From: a virus
Lineage: Duplodnaviria > Caudoviricetes
Virus record (IMG/VR): IMGVR_UViG_3300008954_000051
Location: 1-63,520 of that record
Reading direction: 5' to 3' (one strand)
DNA length: 63,520 nt
Position 1 is the stretch's first letter. Each line of letters opens with the position of its first letter. A model generated the notes under the pieces. It saw nothing but the letters and a program-made list of their open reading frames with translations, made no database searches and was not told where the DNA came from. Below are positions 1 to 9,200 of this stretch, piece by piece. The position numbers and the translations under genes were made by a program.

Positions 1-1026
1 AATGGATTAAGAGCCAAATATCCATTAGACGTAGAAGGACCTGAAGAAGGACATTTCGTTAAATTTTATCCAGTTGACATTCGATCTCCAAGTTTAACTC
101 CACCGAAACCGACTGCTTCGGGAGGCGGTGGAGGTTTCTTTGGTAATTTAATTGGAGGGCTATCAGACCTGGCTGCTGAATTAGCAGTACAGAAGGTTAA
201 GGGTTTGGTTCTAGATAAGATAAATGATGTGATTCCTGATGAGTTAATTTCTGCTGCTGGAATATTAAGTGGGCTGTTAGATGACACCCAAGAAAAGGCG
301 AATAAAAGGAGATCTAGACTTAAAACTCTGGGGTCTATAACACTATACACTCCAATATCATTAACGGAAGATTTGCGGCCTGCTTGGACATCCACAGAGG
401 TGGGTACCCTTGGTGCAGAGTTTGGAGATTTGGTGAAAAATGGAGGAATAACTACAAGTATATTGGGCGATGCGCTGGCTAGCGTAGAGGGGGCGACCTC
501 GGTTGGAGTGCAGAGTGTTGTGCAGGAGAGATTGGGTAATGTTTTAGGGGGGATGATAAATAATAGTTCCGCCGCGGCTCAGGCACTAAAGGGAAGAGGC
601 CGAGCGGTGAACCCTCATCTAGAGGCATTTTTCAAAGGAGTTGATTTCCGAAGATTTTCTTTCAATTTCAAATTGGCTCCTCGTAGTGCAAAGGAGGCAG
701 TTGAAATTCAAACGATCATTGAAGGGTTTAAGTATCATTCGTTGCCCGGATATGCATCACTTAACACGGGAAAGGGGATACCATTTCTTCGCGAAGAAAC
801 CACGGAACATTTCTTTTCAAATCCTTCGGTATGGAATATTGTGTATCATAATTATGATAAGGCCCATAGATTTAAGCATTGTGCATTAACTGGAATTAGC
901 GTTAATCGAGGGGCTTCAGGAACTAATAGCACCTTTTTTGATGGGCAACCCGTAGAAGTTGATTTATCGTTAAACTTCATGGAACTTAGTATTATTACTA
1001 AACAAGACGTAGAAAAGGGTTATTAA
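1..1026 (+). CDS. gp48: Baseplate tail-tube cap, T4 gp48-like (5' partial)
   Basis: Frame is open from base 1 (NGLRAKYPLD...), so the start lies upstream of the window, not at 205. C-terminal NPHLEAFFKGVDFRRFSFNFKLAPRSAKEA...L.F.E motif; precedes gp53. Confidence 0.8.
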   Translation, partial: NGLRAKYPLDVEGPEEGHFVKFYPVDIRSPSLTPPKPTASGGGGGFFGNLIGGLSDLAAELAVQKVKGLVLDKINDVIPDELISAAGILSGLLDDTQEKANKRRSRLKTLGSITLYTPISLTEDLRPAWTSTEVGTLGAEFGDLVKNGGITTSILGDALASVEGATSVGVQSVVQERLGNVLGGMINNSSAAAQALKGRGRAVNPHLEAFFKGVDFRRFSFNFKLAPRSAKEAVEIQTIIEGFKYHSLPGYASLNTGKGIPFLREETTEHFFSNPSVWNIVYHNYDKAHRFKHCALTGISVNRGASGTNSTFFDGQPVEVDLSLNFMELSIITKQDVEKGY

Positions 1027-1027
1027 T

Positions 1028-2242
1028 ATGCCTAGACAGTATTTTGAAATGTTTCCTAAAACATTATACGATATGGAAGGAAAATCCGAAGAACGTTTAC
1101 TTGTTTCAGACATAATGCGTCGGGTTAGAGTTAAATTTTCTGAGCTTGCAGATAAGATACACTATGAACAATATGCAATGCGGGATGGAGAAACTATAGA
1201 ACAGGTTGCTCATAAGTTATATGGTAACTCCAGATACCATTGGGTTTTGTTGCTGATCAATAATATAATAGATCCTATACACGATATAATATTAGATGAC
1301 ATTAGTTTCAGCGATCATTTGTATGGTAACTATGGGTCCATTAAAAATACCATCTCTACTGCATTGGGCTTAACTAGATGGGATGTTAATTCTGAATCTG
1401 TAGTCCATCATGGAAAAATTGTTGCGGGGGGCGGTCCTCTTTCTCCAATGCGACCTGATACTAGGTTTTATGTTCCTAGATTTGCGGGAATAACTCCTCC
1501 TGGCGCTGCAAGTTGGCCCATCCATCCATATTATGTGGATACGGAAACTATTCAGGATCCAAATAACATCTCCATTAACATTTACCAAAATAATTCTAAA
1601 ACCACTACATATTGGTTTGAGCCTTCGGCCGAAGACCAATTATTGTCTGAGGAAGATGCTACTCCTACAATTCCAAGCACTATTAATGTTGGTGATATTG
1701 TAATCATATCCTTTCCATATACTTGGTGGGAACCAAAGGTGGGTAAAGAGAAACAGCTTAAAAGGTTGGGATATGGTGTCCCCCAACAAATTATACATAA
1801 GACTAATTTTTCAATCACCACAGATTTAGATTCTAGAAGTATTCCTGAGGTGGACATAGATGCTTCTTGGATTAATGATGGCTCTACAGGTGTTACTAAT
1901 AATGATCTTATAGTTTTAGGTGAAAATAGTTTTCTTAACAGAGTTGTGCATGATCCGGCATTGAAATTAGGGGTCGGTGAAGGTGGGTTGACTATTTTCA
2001 CAAATACTGATCATTTTGTAAAGGCCGAATACGATTCTAGTGGAAATAAAACACATGATATAATTGTTGATGTGAAGGCATATGAAAATCCTACACTAAA
2101 TCCTCTTTATGGTTCAGTTCGGCCCATTAGCATTTTTGAACAGGAAACGGCCGAAAATGATGCCAAGCGAATAATTATGGTGTTGCGTCAGGAATTATTA
2201 TTAGATTTTGTTAATGAATTTGAACAACTTATATCGAGATAG
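1028..2242 (+). CDS. gp53: Baseplate wedge subunit gp53 with central insertion
   Basis: YFEMFP...DGETIEQVAHKLYGNSRYHWVLLLINNIIDP and C-terminal E..ENDAKR.I.VL motifs. Confidence 0.9.
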   Translation: MPRQYFEMFPKTLYDMEGKSEERLLVSDIMRRVRVKFSELADKIHYEQYAMRDGETIEQVAHKLYGNSRYHWVLLLINNIIDPIHDIILDDISFSDHLYGNYGSIKNTISTALGLTRWDVNSESVVHHGKIVAGGGPLSPMRPDTRFYVPRFAGITPPGAASWPIHPYYVDTETIQDPNNISINIYQNNSKTTTYWFEPSAEDQLLSEEDATPTIPSTINVGDIVIISFPYTWWEPKVGKEKQLKRLGYGVPQQIIHKTNFSITTDLDSRSIPEVDIDASWINDGSTGVTNNDLIVLGENSFLNRVVHDPALKLGVGEGGLTIFTNTDHFVKAEYDSSGNKTHDIIVDVKAYENPTLNPLYGSVRPISIFEQETAENDAKRIIMVLRQELLLDFVNEFEQLISR

Positions 2243-2245
2243 ATT

Positions 2246-3568
2246 ATGGCAATTGAATATAAACCCGGACAAGTAAATATAGATGACATTAGCATTTCTA
2301 CTCATAATGGAAGACAGATGTCTATAACGGACATGGTTACACTTGTTAAATTTACATATGGAATATATCATGCGACTATGTTTGGTGAGATTACTATAAA
2401 CGATGCTGCTGGGTTTGAGGAAAGAATGGGAATACATGGGGAAGAGGTGTTGTACCTTAAGCTCCGTGTGCCTGCTTTAAAGGACTATACTGTTGCTTTT
2501 GAGGCTGACATAATAGGTATGTTAGCTAAAGTTCAAATTCGTGATAATTTTTATTCTTATAAATTGAGTTTTGTTAGCAAGACTCAGCGCCGAAATATGG
2601 AGATCAGATTACAAAAAACTTTAAAGAAGAATACGCCTACAAGAATGGTCGAAAGTATATTCAATAACTATTTAAAGGGGTCTTCTGATAATAATGTTTT
2701 TGCAGAGTCGCCCGTTCCAAAAAGCATCACAATTTTAGACCAAAGCATCGATGCTTCCCCGCTAGTTTGTCCTGGAATTTCTCCAATACGAGCCATAAGA
2801 AGGCTTGCATCAAAAGCCAAATCTGAAAAATATGGTACAGGATCAAGCTATCTATTTTTTGAGAATCTAACTTCGTTTGTTTTTGGATCTTTAGGTTATT
2901 TGATGACAAGAGATCCTGTAGATAGACAGTTTAAAGTTCCGGGCCCTCAGAGTAGTGTAACGAGTAAAGATATTACACACCGCACTATGGCAGACGTTTA
3001 TCACACATTTCAATCTTTTTCAGTAAGATCTATGCCGCGGGTTGATGTTTCAGTTCAAGCCGGAACATATACTGGAAAGGCAATATCACACGACCCTGTA
3101 AGGAGAACTGCTCTTACTTCTGATTACAATTATTTTAACCAATTTAATAAACAAATACATTTGAATGCGACTCGACTAGTTGATGATGTGGATTTAGGAA
3201 AATCTCATTCTACTAATATTATTTCTTATCCTAAGCAATATGGAATGTGGGAGTTTGATGATTCAGACGAATATGGGCCCAAAGAATTTTTGCATAGAAA
3301 TGCAGTTATGACTCAACTATATAATGGTGTAAAATTTAATGCTGAGTTGTATGGATATCCAGCATTATTTCCTGGTCAAATTTTATATATCAAAATGCCT
3401 TCGGTCGGAGCGGCTCAGGATTTTGGTGATAACTTAATGTATACTGGAAAATATATAATTACTGCAATTGAACATGTGATTAGTCGTGATATGACGCAAG
3501 AAAATCCTGTTCCTGAAATGAGAAGTAACTTAGTTTTGGCTAGTGACACTTATGGAAGTCGAGCATAG
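2246..3568 (+). CDS. Putative baseplate hub protein (gp27/VgrG-N-like)
   Basis: Lies between gp53 and gp5; GEITINDA..F.E..GI.GEE, YLFFEN and G.P.L.PG...YTGKYIITAIEH motifs typical of hub proteins. Confidence 0.6.
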   Translation: MAIEYKPGQVNIDDISISTHNGRQMSITDMVTLVKFTYGIYHATMFGEITINDAAGFEERMGIHGEEVLYLKLRVPALKDYTVAFEADIIGMLAKVQIRDNFYSYKLSFVSKTQRRNMEIRLQKTLKKNTPTRMVESIFNNYLKGSSDNNVFAESPVPKSITILDQSIDASPLVCPGISPIRAIRRLASKAKSEKYGTGSSYLFFENLTSFVFGSLGYLMTRDPVDRQFKVPGPQSSVTSKDITHRTMADVYHTFQSFSVRSMPRVDVSVQAGTYTGKAISHDPVRRTALTSDYNYFNQFNKQIHLNATRLVDDVDLGKSHSTNIISYPKQYGMWEFDDSDEYGPKEFLHRNAVMTQLYNGVKFNAELYGYPALFPGQILYIKMPSVGAAQDFGDNLMYTGKYIITAIEHVISRDMTQENPVPEMRSNLVLASDTYGSRA

Positions 3569-3580
3569 GAGTATTTGGTT

Positions 3581-3892
3581 ATGATGTCTGATGGCAAATT
3601 TTTTTGGTTTTCGGGAATAGTAGAAGATAGAAGAGATCCTTTAGGTATTGGTAGGGTTCGTGTTCGTTGTTTAGGTATAGATAATGATAATAGAAAAATA
3701 CAGCCCACAGGAGAACTTCCTTGGGCGTATCCTATGTTGTCATTTAATAATGATCAAACAGTACACCCTCCCAAAGAAGGCACTTGGGTGATTGGTTTTT
3801 TTAGAGATGGTGAAAGCGCACAAGATAGAATTGTGTTAGGCACAATAAATACAGGAGCGTTTGACAAAAGCTCTAGTACGGAAGTGGAATAG
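3581..3892 (+). CDS. gp5: gp5 N-terminal OB-fold domain as a stand-alone ORF
   Basis: FFWFSGIVEDRRDPLGIGRVRVRCLG...LPWA...GTWVIGFFRDGESAQ..IVLGTI; AGGAG at 3567-3571 before ATG 3581. Confidence 0.85.
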   Translation: MMSDGKFFWFSGIVEDRRDPLGIGRVRVRCLGIDNDNRKIQPTGELPWAYPMLSFNNDQTVHPPKEGTWVIGFFRDGESAQDRIVLGTINTGAFDKSSSTEVE

Positions 3893-3904
3893 GAGGGTAT
3901 AAAA

Positions 3905-4609
3905 ATGGGTGTAGTTACTGGTGGTGAATGTCATGTGAGTATGTTTCCCGACGTTGATTTCTTTGATCCGGCGTCCATATTTACTGTCTTCGAGGCATTA
4001 GAAAAGGGTGTTAATACTCAGGTAGAAAAGGCCGGAAAATTAATGACAAAGGTTACAACCGCATTGGCAAATCCAACCGATGTATACAATAGTGCAAAAA
4101 AAGCATTAAGTAAATTGGTTGATAGAATTATCTTAGAGGCAGAAAATCTTCTTGAAACTTTGATAGAAAAGGCAATGGAGAAGTTGTTAGAAGAGTTTAA
4201 TAAGTTAATGCAGGCTTTATATGAAACCTTTCTGGCTATCAAAAACCTTATTAATTCTATTATAGAGGGGTTTGTTCAAGGTGTTTGTGATGTGATAGAA
4301 GGTGTTTTAAATGTATTGAAACATTTTGTTGATGCTATTAAGGCTGGAATTGATACTGTAACTGGTCCCATCTTCAATCTTATTGACAAGGTGGAGGCTT
4401 TTAATGTGCAGATGGCAAAAGATGCGGCGGAAAGGGAACTGGAGGGATCTAAGCCCGAAGAAGAAAAAAATGTAGAAATGAAATATTTAACCTTTAAGAA
4501 TGGAAAATTGGAACTTGCTAATAAGACAATTAACATTAATGTTGATCTTGGTGTTCACGATAAATTGGGTCCATTTCTTGGAGGTACTGTGGACCAAAAT
4601 GCCAACTGA
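3905..4609 (+). CDS. Amphipathic alpha-helical protein between the two gp5 parts
   Basis: AGGAGG RBS; long amphipathic helical pattern; no catalytic motif seen. Confidence 0.65.
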   Translation: MGVVTGGECHVSMFPDVDFFDPASIFTVFEALEKGVNTQVEKAGKLMTKVTTALANPTDVYNSAKKALSKLVDRIILEAENLLETLIEKAMEKLLEEFNKLMQALYETFLAIKNLINSIIEGFVQGVCDVIEGVLNVLKHFVDAIKAGIDTVTGPIFNLIDKVEAFNVQMAKDAAERELEGSKPEEEKNVEMKYLTFKNGKLELANKTININVDLGVHDKLGPFLGGTVDQNAN

Positions 4610-5927
4610 CACTAAATCATATCCTTATGGCTCATTGCGACAAACTAAACTCGGCGCACAGACATGGCGCGACCGAGAGGCGGGAGTTATGGCATTTGGT
4701 GATCAGGCCCTGTATGATAATCGGGTTCGCCTGCCTGGTGGTGTAGTTCCTGGGGCTCCTAGAAAATTTAAGATTAAAACGGACGAAGAGTATGCAGATG
4801 GTGGTATAGAGGTTTCTGAAAATTATCCTTTCGCAGATACGTTAAAGAAGAAGGTGTTAGAATCAAATACACACAGGCTAACCAGGGGAATTAGACAGGG
4901 CACAGTTTCGGATGCATCTAAAGATGGTGAAGTTTCCTCTGATGGAGGAGGCCATAATGCCACGCACACATTTTTCGCCGGCCTACCCGCTACCGCCGCA
5001 TTTGGACCGAGCATTAGAAATCCTATTATTGCATTTCCTCCTGAACAGGCTTCTCCAGAATATCCTTATAATTCTGTTCGTTCAACAGAGAGTGGCCATT
5101 TATTTGAAGCTGATGATACGCCCGGATACGAAAGAATTAAAGAGGCCCATAGACGAGGAACGTTTTATGAAATCTTACCTGACGGAACAAAAGTAACTAA
5201 AATAGTAAGGGACAATTTTTCTTTAGTTGTTGGTAATGATTTTGTGAATGTTCGTGGTGCTGCAATAGTTACTGTTGAAGGAGATTGCAATCTATATACA
5301 AAGGGAAATCTTACTCAACAGGTAGATGGTGATTATAATCTTAGGATTAAAGGTGCGTATAACATGAAATGTAAGGATGACGTTTCTGTTAAGGTTGGTG
5401 GAAATTATCATGAAACTATTGATAAGAGTAAAAATAGTGATATTAAGCATGATAAAAAAGTAGATATTGGGGCCAATGAATCTAGAACAATTGGAGCAGG
5501 TATGATGTTTGGTGGTGCGCTTAGTGTAGGCTTTTTAGGTATGGGTAATAGAAGTATTTCTGTTGTGGGAACAGAAAACAAGAAGGTTAGATTGAAGAAA
5601 TCTACATTTGCTGTAATGCACGAATCTGATGGGATGACATTTGAAAAGACGGCATTCTTTAAAGACAGTTCTCTTACGGTTTTAGGAAACACCACTTTAA
5701 CCTCTGGAGGATTTACATCGCTGATAGGAGATTTGGGTTGTAATATGTATTCTGGTGTATTGATGTCTAAAGTGGATTATATTAGTACACCCACAAGCAC
5801 CATATCAGTAAGCCCCTTTATGGCTTCAGTAAATTCTAAATTGATTACTAGAGTAAAGGGTATGTTAACAGAAGTCAATGCAGATAGTTTATTAAGATTG
5901 AGTGGTGGTATAATCACTATTAATTAG
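4599..5927 (+). CDS. gp5: gp5 C-terminal beta-helix spike protein, no lysozyme domain
   Basis: YPYNSVRSTESGHLFEADDTPGYERIKEAHRRGTFYEI.PDG followed by V.G 8-residue beta-helix repeats; ATG 4599 with GGAGGT upstream preferred over 4500. Confidence 0.85.
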   Translation: MPTDTKSYPYGSLRQTKLGAQTWRDREAGVMAFGDQALYDNRVRLPGGVVPGAPRKFKIKTDEEYADGGIEVSENYPFADTLKKKVLESNTHRLTRGIRQGTVSDASKDGEVSSDGGGHNATHTFFAGLPATAAFGPSIRNPIIAFPPEQASPEYPYNSVRSTESGHLFEADDTPGYERIKEAHRRGTFYEILPDGTKVTKIVRDNFSLVVGNDFVNVRGAAIVTVEGDCNLYTKGNLTQQVDGDYNLRIKGAYNMKCKDDVSVKVGGNYHETIDKSKNSDIKHDKKVDIGANESRTIGAGMMFGGALSVGFLGMGNRSISVVGTENKKVRLKKSTFAVMHESDGMTFEKTAFFKDSSLTVLGNTTLTSGGFTSLIGDLGCNMYSGVLMSKVDYISTPTSTISVSPFMASVNSKLITRVKGMLTEVNADSLLRLSGGIITIN

Positions 5928-5938
5928 GAGTATTTTAG

Positions 5939-6253
5939 ATGGGTATTGCTGCAACAATTACAGATATGTGTACTGGACATCCTCCCTGGCCACCTAGGAA
6001 TTGTATTGGTCCTGGTGTTCCAACTGTATTGGTGGGCGGCCGCCCCGCCTCTGTTATGGGTGATATGTATAATGTACATTGTGCTATGTTGGGGATGACG
6101 CTTGAGTGTCATGTTGGTTCTGTTGTTATGGGTTCTGGAACTGTTCTTATAGGAGGAAGACCAGCAGCTAGAATTGGGGACCAAATTGCTGGTGGTTTAT
6201 GTGTGTCAAAGATTATGGGTCCAGGCGTTCCTACGGTTATTATAGGGGGATGA
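5939..6253 (+). CDS. PAAR spike-tip protein (T4 gp5.4-like)
   Basis: CTGH, GRPASVMGD, HC, CH, GRPAARIGD motifs; follows gp5. Confidence 0.92.
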   Translation: MGIAATITDMCTGHPPWPPRNCIGPGVPTVLVGGRPASVMGDMYNVHCAMLGMTLECHVGSVVMGSGTVLIGGRPAARIGDQIAGGLCVSKIMGPGVPTVIIGG

Positions 6254-6254
6254 T

Positions 6255-9200
6255 GTGTCTATAACGGCAAATACGCGGGCTGTTAATGCAGTACGAAACA
6301 TGGTCGACAATGATGATGTTTTCGTAAATCCATATTTGCGTCCTCCTGTCGTAGGAGGATATACTTTAACTGATATTGTTAACGGTTCATTAGAACAGGC
6401 ATCAAAATTACATGCGGCTTTTTGGCAAGGTATAGTTGACCCCACAGGCGAAGTAAGCAATGGAAAGCTGCGGGGGGATTTAGCATCTGTTGGTCCTGGG
6501 GGTTTTGCATACATAGCTGAACCGACCGAAACTATTCCAGATCCTAATGATTTCAATTTAACTATACCTAATTGGATGTATCCTGATGCTAATGGGGTTT
6601 TATTATATGATAGCACAGATTGGGCTGTCGATCCAACTACTGGTGCTAGATCAACTACACATCCTTCTGGTCATGCAAATTCATTTACAATGTATCATCT
6701 TGGTTTAATTATGACTGCATTGGGGGATAGACATCATGTTTTAGATTTTAGTCCACAGATAACTGCGCCTATTGTGCCCAATTCTGGTGTTGCGCCAGGG
6801 GCTTATAATATTCATTCATCTGTTAAGAATTTTATCCAACACACAAATGTTCGATCTGGTGTGAAGTCACATGATGATACTTCTCATCTTAACTCAGCCG
6901 AAAATAGTGCGTTTGGAGATCAAATGCAAGCATATGTTGAATATAGGGTTCCTGGAACATATAAACTTTCTTTAGAAAGAGAGTTTTTGGGCCATCAGCA
7001 TAATATTGTGAATTTATTAGGCCTAGGGTCTACTTATGATAATGATCAAAATATAGGACGCCTTTCGGCTATAGAAACATATACCTCTGGTACAGGAAAT
7101 GTTATTTCTTTTGGACCTGATGCAAATACGGTTACTCTGAGTAATTTGAGTAAAATTTCTGGAATTTATAATGGTGCAATATTAACGATAGGTAAGGAAG
7201 GTTCACAAACTTTCGATCCCAAAGAATTTGCACAGCCGGGTGAAAAGTCTCCTGATGTTCTTGATGCAGACGGAAATGTTCTTCAAGCAGGAAAGCCCAT
7301 ACCTCCTGAAGCACTTGCTGCTGTTAAACCGCTTTCTAATGATTTTATGCCCAGCATTTCTTATGATGTTCCATTGGGCGCAGATGGCAGCCAATCTCAA
7401 GAATTTACTATTATAAGTGGCCCTACGGTCGAAGGGGGGAGTGATGTAATAACCGATCCTGATGTTATTGATTTTATAGATGTGGTCGCAATTGAACGGG
7501 ACGATCCTGACTATATTGTTCCTGATTATAGGTATAATGTGGATCAGGTTTCCAGAATAACCAATTTTAATTGGACTATGAATAAGTTGAATGTGAATCC
7601 CTTTGTTCTGGGTCTGAGAAGTTTGCATTATAGGGGTACTGTGAATGCCCAAGTCCCGGCCGGAGTTTACTATGGATTGAATGCCTTTTTGGATGATACA
7701 TATACTACATTAGATGAAGATGGTGACGTTATACAGCCAACGATATCCTTACCTGTTGAGACACAGGGTCTTGAGCATGATTCTGACGTATTTACTCCTG
7801 ATGGAGGTAAGGCATTTTTTGAGAATGATAATGTTTGGTCGTGGTCTGATAGATATGTGTTTGGGCCCCCTCAAGCAACCCATCCAAGTATTTCTCCAAA
7901 TGGACTTAATGTGGCCTTTTCGGGTCGATATTTAGAATATGATATTTCTTATAGCGGAGCATTCCCATACCAATGGGACGCACACGACGGAACGGCTTCA
8001 CATGATTTTACCTCTTGGAATGGAGGTCCAACTATACTAGATGCCTATAATGATGACGGGACTGGTTCTGGATTTAAGGGAGATTTCCTACCAGAGCTTA
8101 CGCTTCCTGAAGCACATCTTTTAAGTCGCCTTACTGGAGAGGGATCAAGAACACATTGGCAATATGAGGCATCCTCGGTCCACGGGGCCTCTGGTGAGGG
8201 TTGGAGGCAGGGGATGAACAACCATATAGATGCTGTGGCATTTAGGACAGGAATATGGATATCACCCATTCACCATAACAATCAATATCAAGATCAATAT
8301 TCTATTCTTCCTCCAGATTTGGTTAATATAACTCGTACCGCAAATAATTTCTTTCCGGGCCCGTATGGATATAATCCAGCGACAGACAGTTCGGCTATAT
8401 CATATCCTCATTTTTGGGACAATAAGGCTGATATAGGTAGAGATACTTTTGATCCAGATTGGTCTCCTGACGGAAATAAGATTGCGTATACAAATTGTAT
8501 GTTCGCCCATTATCCAGTTGATGTTCTTAAGGCGGCTCCGAAGTTGTATTATCAAGTAGCAGGGGCTGATGATTGGATTATACCTCCTACGAACTTTCCT
8601 ATAGAATACGAAGCCGGCGGGCCCGACAGGGCTTTTACGGACGATGATATTCGCGGAGCCGTTTGGGGTAGGTGTAGGGTTATTTGGCCAAATATAACTG
8701 AGTTTACATGCTTACCAGATACATTTGATGACTGGAGTGCCTTCGGTTGGATTCCAGAAAGTATTCATGATAACTATACGCCTGCGGGGTTAGCATATTA
8801 TAGAAATAAGTTAATGTTCTATGCGACCCCGGCCTACACTAAGTTAGGAATGGCCGCCCGTGGGTGGAGGAAGTCTGATTTAGATCGAAGCGATGCTGGT
8901 TTTCCTGGTGGGCAATTTTTACCCCAATGGTCAACTCCAGGACAAGCATCGGGAATGTGGGGTGATCAGACAGACCGGGAGGTCACGGGACCTCGAAGAA
9001 ATAGGAAAACCTCGGCAGGCACTATACAGGTCATGCTTAATACTGGTACGGGGCCTGATGGAACAGTTAAGCCGGTGAATGTCATTGGAGGAAACACTAC
9101 TATAAATGAAATTGCAACTACTTATAAAAATAATGTAAGGGATGATCATTGGTTTAAAAAATATATTGATAGTGATACATATTCTGAGGTAATGGGGGAA

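Noticed and set aside
4500-4598. ORF-track start at 4500 (likewise 205, 3575, 32788, 42970, 47749, 55498)
   Set aside because: Overlaps or missing RBS; nearby starts fit better, and the first gene is open from base 1.
3581-5927. Annotating gp5 as a tail lysozyme
   Set aside because: No lysozyme domain or catalytic motif is visible in any of the three ORFs.
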